Source of the DNA: an uncultured Monoglobus sp.
Lineage (GTDB): Bacteria; Bacillota; Clostridia; Monoglobales; Monoglobaceae
Assembly: GCA_947585115.1 (NCBI GenBank)
Contig: CANPWW010000002.1
Span: 9,875-73,874, forward strand
Length of the DNA: 64,000 nt
Direction: 5' to 3'
Positions within the stretch are counted from its first letter, which is position 1, and the number at the start of each line of letters is the position of its first letter. The position numbers and the translations under genes were made by a program. Shown one piece after another: positions 44,637 to 54,326 of this stretch. The notes beneath the pieces are model-generated. The model did no database searches. It was not told where the DNA came from and saw only the letters and a program-made list of their open reading frames with translations.

Positions 44637-47516
44637 ATGAGAAAAATATTATCCGCAATGCTGTGTTTGATCTTGTCGGTCTCGGCTGCGCCGCGGGCGG
44701 TGTTTTCGGAATCCGAAACCGTAACGATCACCGAAGCCTCAGGCTGGTTTGAATCGGCTTATGCCGAGTGGAGCGGATCGGGCATCGACGCCGTGAACGC
44801 GTATATCAAACCCGAGGGCGGCGAATACGCGCCTATCGACCGCGAACTTTTGCGCGAATATAAAAACGGAACTTGCTGCGTTGACGCGGTTGGGCTTTCG
44901 GCAGGAAGCTATCGAATAAAAATAGTTCCCGCGGAGAACGGCGCCGAGGACGAAAGTCTCTCGACGGAAACCGAAATACTCTCGGTCGGCTCTTTCCCGA
45001 GAGAGGGATTCGCTTTCAGCTCGCAATCCCCCGAAAAGGACGCGAGCGGCGGCTATAAGCCTGACGGAACGCCCAAAGACGACGCAGACATAATCTACGT
45101 CTCAAACGGCAACAAAGACCGCGTTATGATTGACGGGATACCCAAAGACGGCGTCGGACTTGTGAGCATATTCGACTTCCGCGAGCGGAACAAGATCACC
45201 ACGCCGCTGATCGTGCGCCTTATCGGTAAGGTTGACATGCCCGAAGGCATGCAAAAATATCTGCTCGGTATCCGCAACACTAAAAACGTGACAATAGAAG
45301 GCGTCGGCGAGGACGCGGCTGTACACGGGTGGGGAATAACGTTCAAGGAATCCTCGAATATTGAGCTGCGCAATTTCGCGATAATGTGGTACGGCGGCGG
45401 CACCGACAGCGACGCCACGGCCCTTGACGGAAATAACGACAATATCTGGATACACAACCTTGAATATTTCTACGGCGCTCACGGTCCCGACGAGGATCAG
45501 GGCAAAGGCGACGGCAGCATTGACATGAAAAACCAGTCGGACTATGTGACGATCTCATACAATCATTTCTGGGATTCGGGAAAGACCACATTCACCGACA
45601 GCCCCGACGGCGCCTCTGACAAAACCCACGTCACCTATCACCACAACCACTTTGACCACTCGGATTCGCGCCACCCCAGATGCGTGGGAAGCGACGTTCA
45701 TATGTACAACAACTATTATGACGGCGTTTCAAAATACGGCATAGGCGCTGCCAAGGGCTCCTGCATATTCGCCGAGAACAATTATTTCAGATACTGCGCC
45801 AGACCCATGATAATCTCAAGTCAGGGCAGCGACGTTTATAGCTCAAGCAAAAAGAATTACAGCGGCGACGGCACGCTGTCGGGACAATCGGGCGGAATGA
45901 TAAAAGCCTTCGGCAATCATATAGGAGAATACGAGAGGTTTTACACTCAGCTTGACACTCCGAGCGACTTGGCTCCGGGAGTAAACAACACCGGTCACTT
46001 TGACTGTTATCTTGTCTCAAACCGGGACGAAAAGGTCCCCGATACCGCCAAAGCGCTAAAGGGCGGCGCTGTGTATGACAACTTTGACACGTCGGCGGAT
46101 ATGTATGGCTACAGCGCCGAAACAGCCGAAAGCGCCGTCGAGACCGTTAAAAAATACGCGGGCCGAATGAACGGCGGAGATTTTGAATACACGTTCGACA
46201 ATTCGGTTCAGGACAAAAATTATGACACGATACCCGAACTTCAGACCTTGGTTGAAAACTATGACCCGCCGATCGCCAAAGTCGGCGGAGACGCGTCGCT
46301 CGCCATAGAGCAGCCGCCCGAGCCGTCAGCCGACAAGATCACGCACAATTTTACAACACAAGGCACCGCGAGCGGCGTGTTTGAAATAAAAGGCTCGATT
46401 ACCGACCTTTTCGGCATAATGCGATATGACGCGGTCAACTTGACAAAATCCCTCAAATTCGAGGGCAGCTCTTACATAAGATTCACGGCGGTACAGCGCG
46501 GTATAATGACCCTGCTCGCCAATCCGTACCGCGGTTCGGTCAATGTTAAAGTGAACAACGAGGTCATCCGCGGCGATCCCGAGACGGGGCTTATACAATT
46601 TAACGTCGAGCCCGGCGAGACGTATAACATCACGCGAGACAGCGTTTCGTATCTGTTCTATCTGGTTCTGGAATATGACCCGAACAGCCCGATGATAACG
46701 CCGCTCCCCACGCAGGCTCCCACAACCGCGCCCACCGCGAAACCGGGAAATCCGACGCCCAAACCCGACGGCGGTTCCGATATTCCCGCAAGCGGCGGAT
46801 ATATCCATAATTTCACCGAAAGCGATATGAGAAGCGATTTTTACACAATAAGCGGCGCCACATCAAAGGACAGAGGTTCTTTGGAATACGGCGGAATGAC
46901 GCTCACAAACGCTTTTAAGCTGGGAAGCAGTTCAAGCATAAGCTTCACCGCTCCGGGAGACGGCGAAATGCTTTTGGTTTTCGGCTCCTCGAGCACGCCG
47001 ACGGCAAAAATCAACGGTACGGCTTTGACGGGCAGCGGAAACACACTGACGTTTCCCGTAAAGGGCGGCGAGAGTTATAAGATTACCAAAAACAGCGGCG
47101 AGCAGCTTATATACTACATGGCGCTGACTCTTGACGCGGCGCCGACAAACGCTCCGCCAACCGAGGAGCCCGCGGTAACAACCGAGCCGAGCGACGCTCC
47201 ACCGACTGAGACGCCGACCGAGGAACCGAAAAACGGCGGATATTCGATAAAAGGAGCCGACAGTTCAGACAGCGGTCTGACCGCGGCCGTGGAATACAGC
47301 GGAGTCGGCACGGCGCCGAAAGCCAAACTGCTTGCCGCAAAATACAAAAACGGCGCGCTTACCGCCTTTAGTGACACGGTTGAATTAAACGGAAGCGGCG
47401 AATACTTTATTGAAAACTTCGCGGCGCAAAACGGCGAAAACATCGTTTTGTTTATTTGGAGCGGTACCGACAAGATAAAGCCGCTGTGTGAAAAATTTGA
47501 ATTAAATAATAATTAA
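44637..47516 (+). CDS. Secreted PL1 pectate lyase with two CBM77-like modules, PT linkers and C-terminal module
   Basis: Signal peptide; NIWIHN, GDGSIDMK, VTISYNHF, YHHNHFDHSDSRHPR. Confidence 0.9.
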   Translation: MRKILSAMLCLILSVSAAPRAVFSESETVTITEASGWFESAYAEWSGSGIDAVNAYIKPEGGEYAPIDRELLREYKNGTCCVDAVGLSAGSYRIKIVPAENGAEDESLSTETEILSVGSFPREGFAFSSQSPEKDASGGYKPDGTPKDDADIIYVSNGNKDRVMIDGIPKDGVGLVSIFDFRERNKITTPLIVRLIGKVDMPEGMQKYLLGIRNTKNVTIEGVGEDAAVHGWGITFKESSNIELRNFAIMWYGGGTDSDATALDGNNDNIWIHNLEYFYGAHGPDEDQGKGDGSIDMKNQSDYVTISYNHFWDSGKTTFTDSPDGASDKTHVTYHHNHFDHSDSRHPRCVGSDVHMYNNYYDGVSKYGIGAAKGSCIFAENNYFRYCARPMIISSQGSDVYSSSKKNYSGDGTLSGQSGGMIKAFGNHIGEYERFYTQLDTPSDLAPGVNNTGHFDCYLVSNRDEKVPDTAKALKGGAVYDNFDTSADMYGYSAETAESAVETVKKYAGRMNGGDFEYTFDNSVQDKNYDTIPELQTLVENYDPPIAKVGGDASLAIEQPPEPSADKITHNFTTQGTASGVFEIKGSITDLFGIMRYDAVNLTKSLKFEGSSYIRFTAVQRGIMTLLANPYRGSVNVKVNNEVIRGDPETGLIQFNVEPGETYNITRDSVSYLFYLVLEYDPNSPMITPLPTQAPTTAPTAKPGNPTPKPDGGSDIPASGGYIHNFTESDMRSDFYTISGATSKDRGSLEYGGMTLTNAFKLGSSSSISFTAPGDGEMLLVFGSSSTPTAKINGTALTGSGNTLTFPVKGGESYKITKNSGEQLIYYMALTLDAAPTNAPPTEEPAVTTEPSDAPPTETPTEEPKNGGYSIKGADSSDSGLTAAVEYSGVGTAPKAKLLAAKYKNGALTAFSDTVELNGSGEYFIENFAAQNGENIVLFIWSGTDKIKPLCEKFELNNN

Positions 47517-47535
47517 TATAAACGGAGGTATTGAA

Positions 47536-50214
47536 ATGAAAAAGAAGATATGTTTGATTTTGTCAATGCTCATGATTTTGGCGTCGGTTCCCTGCAGGAT
47601 CGTCGGCGCGGCGGACACGGTCACGATAACGGCCTCAAACGGCTGGCTCGAATCGGCCTACGCCGAGTGGACGCCGATTGACGGAGCCGACGGCTACAAC
47701 GTCTACAGCAAAAAGTCGGGCGGTGAGTATGTTAAGCTGGACGCTCCCCTTGTGCGCGAGTATCCCGATTATTTCCGCGCAGACGCGCTCGGGCTCTCGG
47801 CCGGCGATTATACGCTTAAGATCGTCCCGGTAAAGGGCGGCGCAGAGATCGCGGACGCGGCGGCGGAGACCGGAACTCTCACAGTTTCGGCGTATGACAG
47901 AAGCGGATTCGCGTTTTCGAAAAACTCGCCCGTCGGCACCGCGAGCGGAGCCTATAACGACGACGGAACATTAAAAGAAAACGCCGACGTTATATATGTC
48001 ACAAACGGCAACAAGGACACGGTGACGGTAAACGGCGACCCCTCGCAGGGAATAGGCCTGCCCGAGATACTGCATTACCGCCAGCAGAAAAAGATCACCA
48101 AGCCTTTGGCGGTGCGCCTTATCGGCAGGGTCGAGGATCCCGCGGGACTTACGCGCCACACAGTTCAGATACAGGGCTGGGAGCAGAAAACCACGCCCAT
48201 GGTCGGCCAGAGCCTGACGATCGAGGGCGTGGGAGATGACGCCGCGGTTTACGGCTGGCTGATGTGCCTGAAACGCATGGTCAACGTTGAAATACGAAAC
48301 CTGGCCGTTATGTACGCCGGAGAGGGCGCCGAGGCCTCCTCGATTGAGATGGACACCGACAACTTTAACATCTGGGTCCACAACTGCGACTTTTTGTACA
48401 ACGCGCCCGGAAAGGATGCCGACCAGGCGAAAGGCGACGGCGCGGTTGCGTTCAAGTCGGGATCGAGCTATGTGACGGTCTCGTATAACCACATGTGGGA
48501 CCTGGGCAAAAACTTTGTCTCGGGCGGCCCGTGGGAAAACAGCAATATGTACAGTCCAGAGGCTCATTATTACGCCACATACCACCACAACTGGTTCGAC
48601 CACGGCGATTCGCGCATGCCGCGCTGCGTGGTGGGCGACAATCACGTTTACAACAACTACTATGACGGCGTCGCCATGTACGGCATAGGCGCGGCGATGA
48701 AAACCTCGGTTTTCTCCGAGTGCAACTATTTCCGCCACACAAACCGCCCGATGCTTATCGCCTCTCAAGGTAGCGATGTGTATAACAGCGGCAGAAATGA
48801 TTATATGGGCAGCGACGGCGACGGAAAGGGTACCCTTTCGGGTCAAATGGGAGGCATGATAAAATCATTCGGCGATGTGTCCATAGATCAGGAAACCTTA
48901 TGGTTCTACGGCAACGAAAAAGATACCGGCCAGTTTGACGCCTACGAAGCGAAATCCCGCGATGAGCGCGTGCCGGACAGCGTCAAAGCGCTGAAGGGCG
49001 ACCCTCAAGGATTTGGAACATATGACAACTTTGACACCGATCCCGACATTATGTATGAGTATACGTCGGAGTCCGCGGAGCAGGCGGTCGAGACCGTCAA
49101 GAAATACGCGGGCCGCGTTGAGGGCGGAGATTTCGAGTGGACGTTTGACAACGCGGTCGATGACACTCACCACGGCATAAACCAGGCGCTGCTTGACAAG
49201 ATAACGAACTACAAATCGAGCGTGGTCTCGGTGGGCGGCGGACTTCCGCTGATCCCGCCCGAGCCCGAGCCGACGGCGACGCCCGATCCCGCGGCGACAT
49301 CCGACCCAAGCGCCACGGCAAAGCCCACAAGCGCGCCCGTTGCGCCTCCCGAGGGAGATGTTAAGCCGATACCCGTCGGCGCGGACAGCTTTGCCAAAGA
49401 CTGGAACGGCGGACAGAGCATGTCGGCGGGCGACATATCCGCAGACGGATATGTGGGCTGCTACAAAGGCGGCGGCAACAGCTACAAGAGCAACAGTTTC
49501 AGCGTGGACGGTGTTTCGATAACAAGAGGCTATCAGGCAAAGAAAGTCGACAGCCGCTCGTTCTATATAATCCCCGAAAGCGAGTGTATGATCACCGTTT
49601 ACTTTTACTCTGGCGGCACCAACACGCTGGGTCTGTACTTAAATCCGTCGGGCGAGCCTGACGCGGTGTGCGCTCCCGACCATGGCGGCGGCGACTACTC
49701 GTTCACCTATCACTTTGAGAATGCGGGTTCCGCCCTCTATATCGCGAGTCCGATGGGCGACATAAACATTGCCGGAGTATCGGTTCGCGCGGTGCCCGGC
49801 GGCTCGACAGCGGAGCCCACCAAAGAGCCTGCCGCAACATCGGAACCCACAAAAGAGCCTGCCGCAACGGCCGAGCCCACAAAAGAACCTAGCGAGCCTT
49901 CAAGCGCTCCCTCAGCCGAGCCTCCCGCAACGCAGGCGCCCGAGGCGAAGGGATATTCCGTTATAAGCGCGGAAACAGGCGCGGACGGACTGACCGCCAA
50001 AGTTGATTATATCGGCGCCGCGGCGCCCGAGGCGCGGCTGATAGCCGCCAAATACAAGGACGGCGCGCTGAGCGGAATTAAAGACGTAGAAATAAAAGGC
50101 GCGGGAGACTACGCTATACCCGATTTTACATTGAGCGAAGGCGAAACATACGCGCTCTACATATGGAGCGATCTAAACGGCATAAAACCGTACAGCGAAA
50201 AGTTTGAAAAATAA
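47536..50214 (+). CDS. Secreted PL1 pectate/pectin lyase paralog with beta-sandwich module, PT linker and C-terminal module
   Basis: Signal peptide; NIWVHN, VTVSYNHM, YHHNWFDHGDSRMPR; clear paralogy with the upstream gene. Confidence 0.9.
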   Translation: MKKKICLILSMLMILASVPCRIVGAADTVTITASNGWLESAYAEWTPIDGADGYNVYSKKSGGEYVKLDAPLVREYPDYFRADALGLSAGDYTLKIVPVKGGAEIADAAAETGTLTVSAYDRSGFAFSKNSPVGTASGAYNDDGTLKENADVIYVTNGNKDTVTVNGDPSQGIGLPEILHYRQQKKITKPLAVRLIGRVEDPAGLTRHTVQIQGWEQKTTPMVGQSLTIEGVGDDAAVYGWLMCLKRMVNVEIRNLAVMYAGEGAEASSIEMDTDNFNIWVHNCDFLYNAPGKDADQAKGDGAVAFKSGSSYVTVSYNHMWDLGKNFVSGGPWENSNMYSPEAHYYATYHHNWFDHGDSRMPRCVVGDNHVYNNYYDGVAMYGIGAAMKTSVFSECNYFRHTNRPMLIASQGSDVYNSGRNDYMGSDGDGKGTLSGQMGGMIKSFGDVSIDQETLWFYGNEKDTGQFDAYEAKSRDERVPDSVKALKGDPQGFGTYDNFDTDPDIMYEYTSESAEQAVETVKKYAGRVEGGDFEWTFDNAVDDTHHGINQALLDKITNYKSSVVSVGGGLPLIPPEPEPTATPDPAATSDPSATAKPTSAPVAPPEGDVKPIPVGADSFAKDWNGGQSMSAGDISADGYVGCYKGGGNSYKSNSFSVDGVSITRGYQAKKVDSRSFYIIPESECMITVYFYSGGTNTLGLYLNPSGEPDAVCAPDHGGGDYSFTYHFENAGSALYIASPMGDINIAGVSVRAVPGGSTAEPTKEPAATSEPTKEPAATAEPTKEPSEPSSAPSAEPPATQAPEAKGYSVISAETGADGLTAKVDYIGAAAPEARLIAAKYKDGALSGIKDVEIKGAGDYAIPDFTLSEGETYALYIWSDLNGIKPYSEKFEK
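49813..49890 (+). repeat. 30-bp intragenic tandem repeat (EPTKEPAAT[S/A]), ~2.6 copies
   Basis: gagcccac(c/a)aaagagcctgccgcaac repeated. Confidence 0.8.
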
Positions 50215-50245
50215 TATAATATGATTTCTTCCCAATTATAAGAGC

Positions 50246-50270
50246 AAGATCCCGACGATGTCGGGGTCTT
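50246..50270. terminator. Hairpin terminator between convergent genes
   Basis: aagatcccgac/gtcggggtctt. Confidence 0.6.
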
Positions 50271-51183
50271 ACTTTTTTCTCAATATATCAATAACTTTTT
50301 GAAAATCATCGGGCAGATCGCAGGTAAACTCCATATACTCTCCCGTATCGGGATGAATAAATCCCAGCTTGCAGGCGCAGAGCAGCTGACCGCTCAGATT
50401 AAACTCCTCTTTTTTTACGCCGTAGGTCTTGTCGCCCACGATGGGGTGGCCGTTTTTAGACATGTGCACGCGTATCTGGTGGGTCCTGCCCGTCTCCAAA
50501 ACGCACTCCACGAGAGTGTATTTCGAAAATCTTTCAAGCACCCTGTAGTGGGTGACCGCCTCTCTTGAGTTTCTGTCGGTGATCGTCATCTTTTTTCTGT
50601 CGGTCGGGTGCCGCCCTATCGGCGCCTCTATCGTTCCGCTGTCCTGTTTTATGTTGCCGTGGACCAGCGCCTTGTACGCCCTTGTAAGGCTGTGCTCCTT
50701 GATCTGCTCCGACAGCTTTTGGTGGGCGCTGTCGTTTTTTGCGACCATCAAAAGGCCCGTGGTGTCCTTGTCGATCCGATGGAGTATTCCCGGACGTTTT
50801 TCGCCGTTTATGCCCGAAAGACTGTCTCCGCAGTGGAACATCAGGGCGTTTACCAGTGTTCCCGAATAATTCCCCGGCGCGGGGTGCACGACCATGCCCC
50901 GCAGCTTGTTGACGATAAGCATTGAATTGTCCTCATACACAATGTCAAGAGGTATATCCTCGGGCGTGATCTCAAGTTCCTCGGGGTCGGGCAGAACGAC
51001 CTTTATCTCGTCGCCCGCCTTGACCTTTCGGTTGGGCTTTGAGATTTCGCCGTTCACGGTCACGCCGCCGTTTTCAATCAGTTTTTTTATATAAGAGCGC
51101 GTTATGCCTTGGAGCCTCTCCGACGCCAGCTTGTCCAGTCTGCCGCTCATTTCCCCGGTCACGGTTATCGTTTTAATCTCCAT
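50269..51183 (-). CDS. rluD: RluD-family pseudouridine synthase
   Basis: S4 domain; HRIDKDTTGL; ETGRTHQIRVH. Confidence 0.93.
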   Translation of the reverse strand: MEIKTITVTGEMSGRLDKLASERLQGITRSYIKKLIENGGVTVNGEISKPNRKVKAGDEIKVVLPDPEELEITPEDIPLDIVYEDNSMLIVNKLRGMVVHPAPGNYSGTLVNALMFHCGDSLSGINGEKRPGILHRIDKDTTGLLMVAKNDSAHQKLSEQIKEHSLTRAYKALVHGNIKQDSGTIEAPIGRHPTDRKKMTITDRNSREAVTHYRVLERFSKYTLVECVLETGRTHQIRVHMSKNGHPIVGDKTYGVKKEEFNLSGQLLCACKLGFIHPDTGEYMEFTCDLPDDFQKVIDILRKK

Positions 51184-51664
51184 TGTCAATATCCGCCTCG
51201 CTCTCGGGTTTTTGCGGCTTTTCCGCGCCGCCGCCGAACAGGAAATGTATAACCAGAGCCGCCGCCCCGACGCACACCGCTATATCCGCCACGTTGAACA
51301 CGGGGAAGTTTATCATCCGAAAATCCAGAAAATCGATCACATATCCCTTTGATACCCTCTCTATCAGATTGCCGACCGAGCCCGAGATCACCAGCGCGGC
51401 GCCCAGCTTGAGCCACACGTCTCGGCGCGGAGCCTTGAGCAGATATATAAAAAGCGCCGCAAGAATAATAACGGATAATGTTATAAACACTATCCGTTTA
51501 TTTTCCATCATACCGAAGGCGATACCGGTGTTTTCGACATAGGTAAGGTGAAACACTCCGGGTATCAGAGGTATTTCCTCGCCCGCCGCTAAAGCCCCGA
51601 GCGCCCAATGTTTTGATATTATATCAAGAATCAGGACCAAGATCCCGATTATTATATAAAGCAT
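51173..51664 (-). CDS. lspA: Lipoprotein signal peptidase II
   Basis: NTGIAFG, GNLIER, VIDF, FNVAD; start MLYIII after AAGGAG. Confidence 0.95.
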   Translation of the reverse strand: MLYIIIGILVLILDIISKHWALGALAAGEEIPLIPGVFHLTYVENTGIAFGMMENKRIVFITLSVIILAALFIYLLKAPRRDVWLKLGAALVISGSVGNLIERVSKGYVIDFLDFRMINFPVFNVADIAVCVGAAALVIHFLFGGGAEKPQKPESEADIDNGD

Positions 51665-51677
51665 AGACCGCTCCTTT

Positions 51678-52334
51678 TTACTCGGCGGCGACATACTCGC
51701 CCTTGTCGTTAAGCTCGATCTTGGGCAGCTCCTGCGTCGCCTTTTCAAGGGCGGCAACCACTCTCTGATTGGCCGTGGGCTGCGCGTCCTCGGGCAGATC
51801 GGGTATATCGTTTATCTCATTCTTTATTATCTCGACCGCCTCGGCGCTTGAGCGTATCTCCGAATCGGCCGCTGTGTTGAGTTTGGTATAATCCTTTATT
51901 ATCTCAAGCTGGGAATTGAGCAGCGAGACCATTTTGGCGCGGAACACCTCGACGCTGCGCTTCATTTCCTCGTATCTGTAGTTGATGTCGGCGACCTCTT
52001 TGGCGGCGCGGTTGATTATCTCGGCGGCCTTTGTCTCGGCGTCGCGGATAATGACCTGCGCCTGGCCCTGGGCGTTTGTCTTTATGTCGTCGCCCGCGCC
52101 CTTCGCGACCGTCAAGGCGTTTTTGAGAGTATCCTCCATCGCCTTGTACTGCTTCACGGCGTCGCTGAGCATGCCTATCCTGTCCATCGCCGAAAGATTC
52201 TCGCGGTATATCTTGTCATAGTCAAGGGCTACCTCTCTCATGAAATTATTGACCTCGGATATGCTGTATCCGCGCATCTCTTTTTTGAATTCTTTGTTTT
52301 CTATGTCTGTGGGTGTTATCATATTATCCTCCAT
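51678..52334 (-). CDS. divIVA: DivIVA cell division protein
   Basis: ITPTDIENKEFKKEMRGY...EV..F; coiled coil. Confidence 0.92.
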   Translation of the reverse strand: MEDNMITPTDIENKEFKKEMRGYSISEVNNFMREVALDYDKIYRENLSAMDRIGMLSDAVKQYKAMEDTLKNALTVAKGAGDDIKTNAQGQAQVIIRDAETKAAEIINRAAKEVADINYRYEEMKRSVEVFRAKMVSLLNSQLEIIKDYTKLNTAADSEIRSSAEAVEIIKNEINDIPDLPEDAQPTANQRVVAALEKATQELPKIELNDKGEYVAAE

Positions 52335-52355
52335 ACATCTTTATTTGCGAATATA

Positions 52356-53108
52356 CTAAATATACTTATCTATTATAACGCTCACGCGGCCCTTTCTGGT
52401 GGTGCCGCGGATCTCCGAGAGCCTGAACCTGCCGAAGCCTCTGATCGAGAGCATGTCGCCCTCCTTCACGGACGCGGACGAGTTTTGGGCTGTCTCGAAA
52501 TTGAGCTTAACGTTCTCGCTCTTTATCATGTCCGCCGCCTTGCCGCGGGCGATCCCGGCCGCTGCCGACACAACGCAGTCCAGCCTGAGACTTGAAACAG
52601 TCGCCGCGATCGGCTTGACCGGCTTTTTGGGGATGACGATTTCCGACAAATTTCGCCGCGAAACGCGCACGCCGTGACGGCCGATCTTTGTCAGATTCTC
52701 TCCGACGTAACTCAGCATCGCGGGTTTTATAAATACATAACATTTGTCGGGCATCGGGGCTATATCGCCGATGTTTTCGCGCTTTATCCCAAGTCCCATA
52801 AGGCTGCCCAGAAAATCGCGGTGGGAGAGCTCGGATATATCCCGGCCCGTTATCTCAAGGACGGTTATTATCTCGTCATAGTCCGCATCGATATACTCGG
52901 GGCGGCAAATAAGCATCCGCCTCTCCGCCTCGTCGTATCCGCCGAAAAACTCCCACTTGATATCCGCGGGTGTCGTGAACTTAATCTCTCTTTCGATAAG
53001 CAGCCGTTCCCTCGGATCGAGGAACCCGAGAGACTTGACCGAATACTGCCTCTCGCAGAGATTTATCGCGTCAAGAGCTTTTTTGATTATAAGCTTGTCG
53101 TCCTGCAA
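52356..53108 (-). CDS. ylmH: YlmH RNA-binding (S4) protein
   Basis: FLDPRE, GGYDEAERR, HRDFLGSL, SLRLD, RGFGR. Confidence 0.92.
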   Translation of the reverse strand: MQDDKLIIKKALDAINLCERQYSVKSLGFLDPRERLLIEREIKFTTPADIKWEFFGGYDEAERRMLICRPEYIDADYDEIITVLEITGRDISELSHRDFLGSLMGLGIKRENIGDIAPMPDKCYVFIKPAMLSYVGENLTKIGRHGVRVSRRNLSEIVIPKKPVKPIAATVSSLRLDCVVSAAAGIARGKAADMIKSENVKLNFETAQNSSASVKEGDMLSIRGFGRFRLSEIRGTTRKGRVSVIIDKYI

Positions 53109-53113
53109 TTAAA

Positions 53114-53566
53114 TCAGCGGCCGTAGCCGTATTCATCGGCCGCGTCCTCCTCTACTCCCACATTGCAGGGAGTGATAAGGAATATGTGGTTCGCGACCTT
53201 TCTGATGTCGCCGTCCAGAGCGTAAACCGCTCCGCTCAAAAAGTCAACGATCCTGCGCGACACGGTCTTGTCCACATATTCAAGGTTGACGACGATCGGC
53301 TTTCTCTCTTTGAGGTGGTTCGCTATATCGCGGGATTCCTCAAAATTCCCGGGCTGCATGATAACCAGCTTCATCTGGGGAGAATCCTCGAATTTGCTGG
53401 CGCGGGAGCTGCGCGCCGCCGCTCTGCGGCTGGGCATATAGCTCTCGTTAGACATCGGCTCGTCGTAATCATCGCCGCGGTAATTGTCGTAATACTCTTC
53501 GTCCTCGTAGTTGTCTCCGACTTCAACGCCCATCATGCTGTATATCTTGTCCATAATAGTTCCCAT
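53114..53566 (-). CDS. sepF: Cell division protein SepF
   Basis: RRIVDFLSGAVYALDG...FLITP. Confidence 0.95.
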   Translation of the reverse strand: MGTIMDKIYSMMGVEVGDNYEDEEYYDNYRGDDYDEPMSNESYMPSRRAAARSSRASKFEDSPQMKLVIMQPGNFEESRDIANHLKERKPIVVNLEYVDKTVSRRIVDFLSGAVYALDGDIRKVANHIFLITPCNVGVEEDAADEYGYGR

Positions 53567-53628
53567 TTTTTTGTCCTCCTGAACATCAGTATTTTAGTAT
53601 ATTAAAATTTAATAATTTACGAATTGAT

Positions 53629-54303
53629 TTATTTTGTTCCGTAGTCTCTGGCTCCGAATATAGCTGTGCCCACCCTGACCATTGTGGCGCCGCACTCTAT
53701 CGCCTCAACGTAGTCGTGGGTCATTCCCATAGAGAGCTCTTTGAGGCCGAACTTATCAGCAAGCTTTTTAAGCTCCGAGAACACCGCTCTGTTTTCGTCG
53801 GGCGTGCTGCCCGCGACCGAGATCGTCATAAGCCCTTTAGGCTCCACATTATCCATGGTCTTTATCTCGTCAAGCAGACCCTCAAGCTCATTCGGCGCTA
53901 TGCCCGACTTTGTTTCCTCTCCGGTTATGTTGACCTGTATAAGCACGTCCTGCACAACCCCGGCCGCTTTCGCCCGTTTGTCGATTTCAAGCGCCAGGGC
54001 TAAACTGTCGACCGAATGGATAAGGGCGCATTTACCCACGATATGACGGACCTTGTTTCGCTGGAGCGTTCCTATCTGGTGCCAGCGCAGCTCGGGCATT
54101 TCCGCCTGCTTTGCCGCCAGCTCCTGCGGTCTGTTTTCACCGAAGTCGACCGCTCCGGCCTCCGCCGCCTCGCGCACATACTCTATCGGTTTGGTTTTTG
54201 ACACCGCTATAAGACGCACGCTGTTCGGATTCCTGCCGCAGTCCTCGGCGACCTTTTTCACGCTTTCAAGCAGCTTCAGATAATTTTGTTTTATATCCGG
54301 CAT
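53629..54303 (-). CDS. yggS: YggS/PLPBP pyridoxal-phosphate homeostasis protein
   Basis: AVSKTK, FGENR, IGTLQRNK, LSMGMT.DY, VRVGTAIFG. Confidence 0.95.
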   Translation of the reverse strand: MPDIKQNYLKLLESVKKVAEDCGRNPNSVRLIAVSKTKPIEYVREAAEAGAVDFGENRPQELAAKQAEMPELRWHQIGTLQRNKVRHIVGKCALIHSVDSLALALEIDKRAKAAGVVQDVLIQVNITGEETKSGIAPNELEGLLDEIKTMDNVEPKGLMTISVAGSTPDENRAVFSELKKLADKFGLKELSMGMTHDYVEAIECGATMVRVGTAIFGARDYGTK

Positions 54304-54326
54304 TTTCACCCCTCGCTTTTCGCGGT

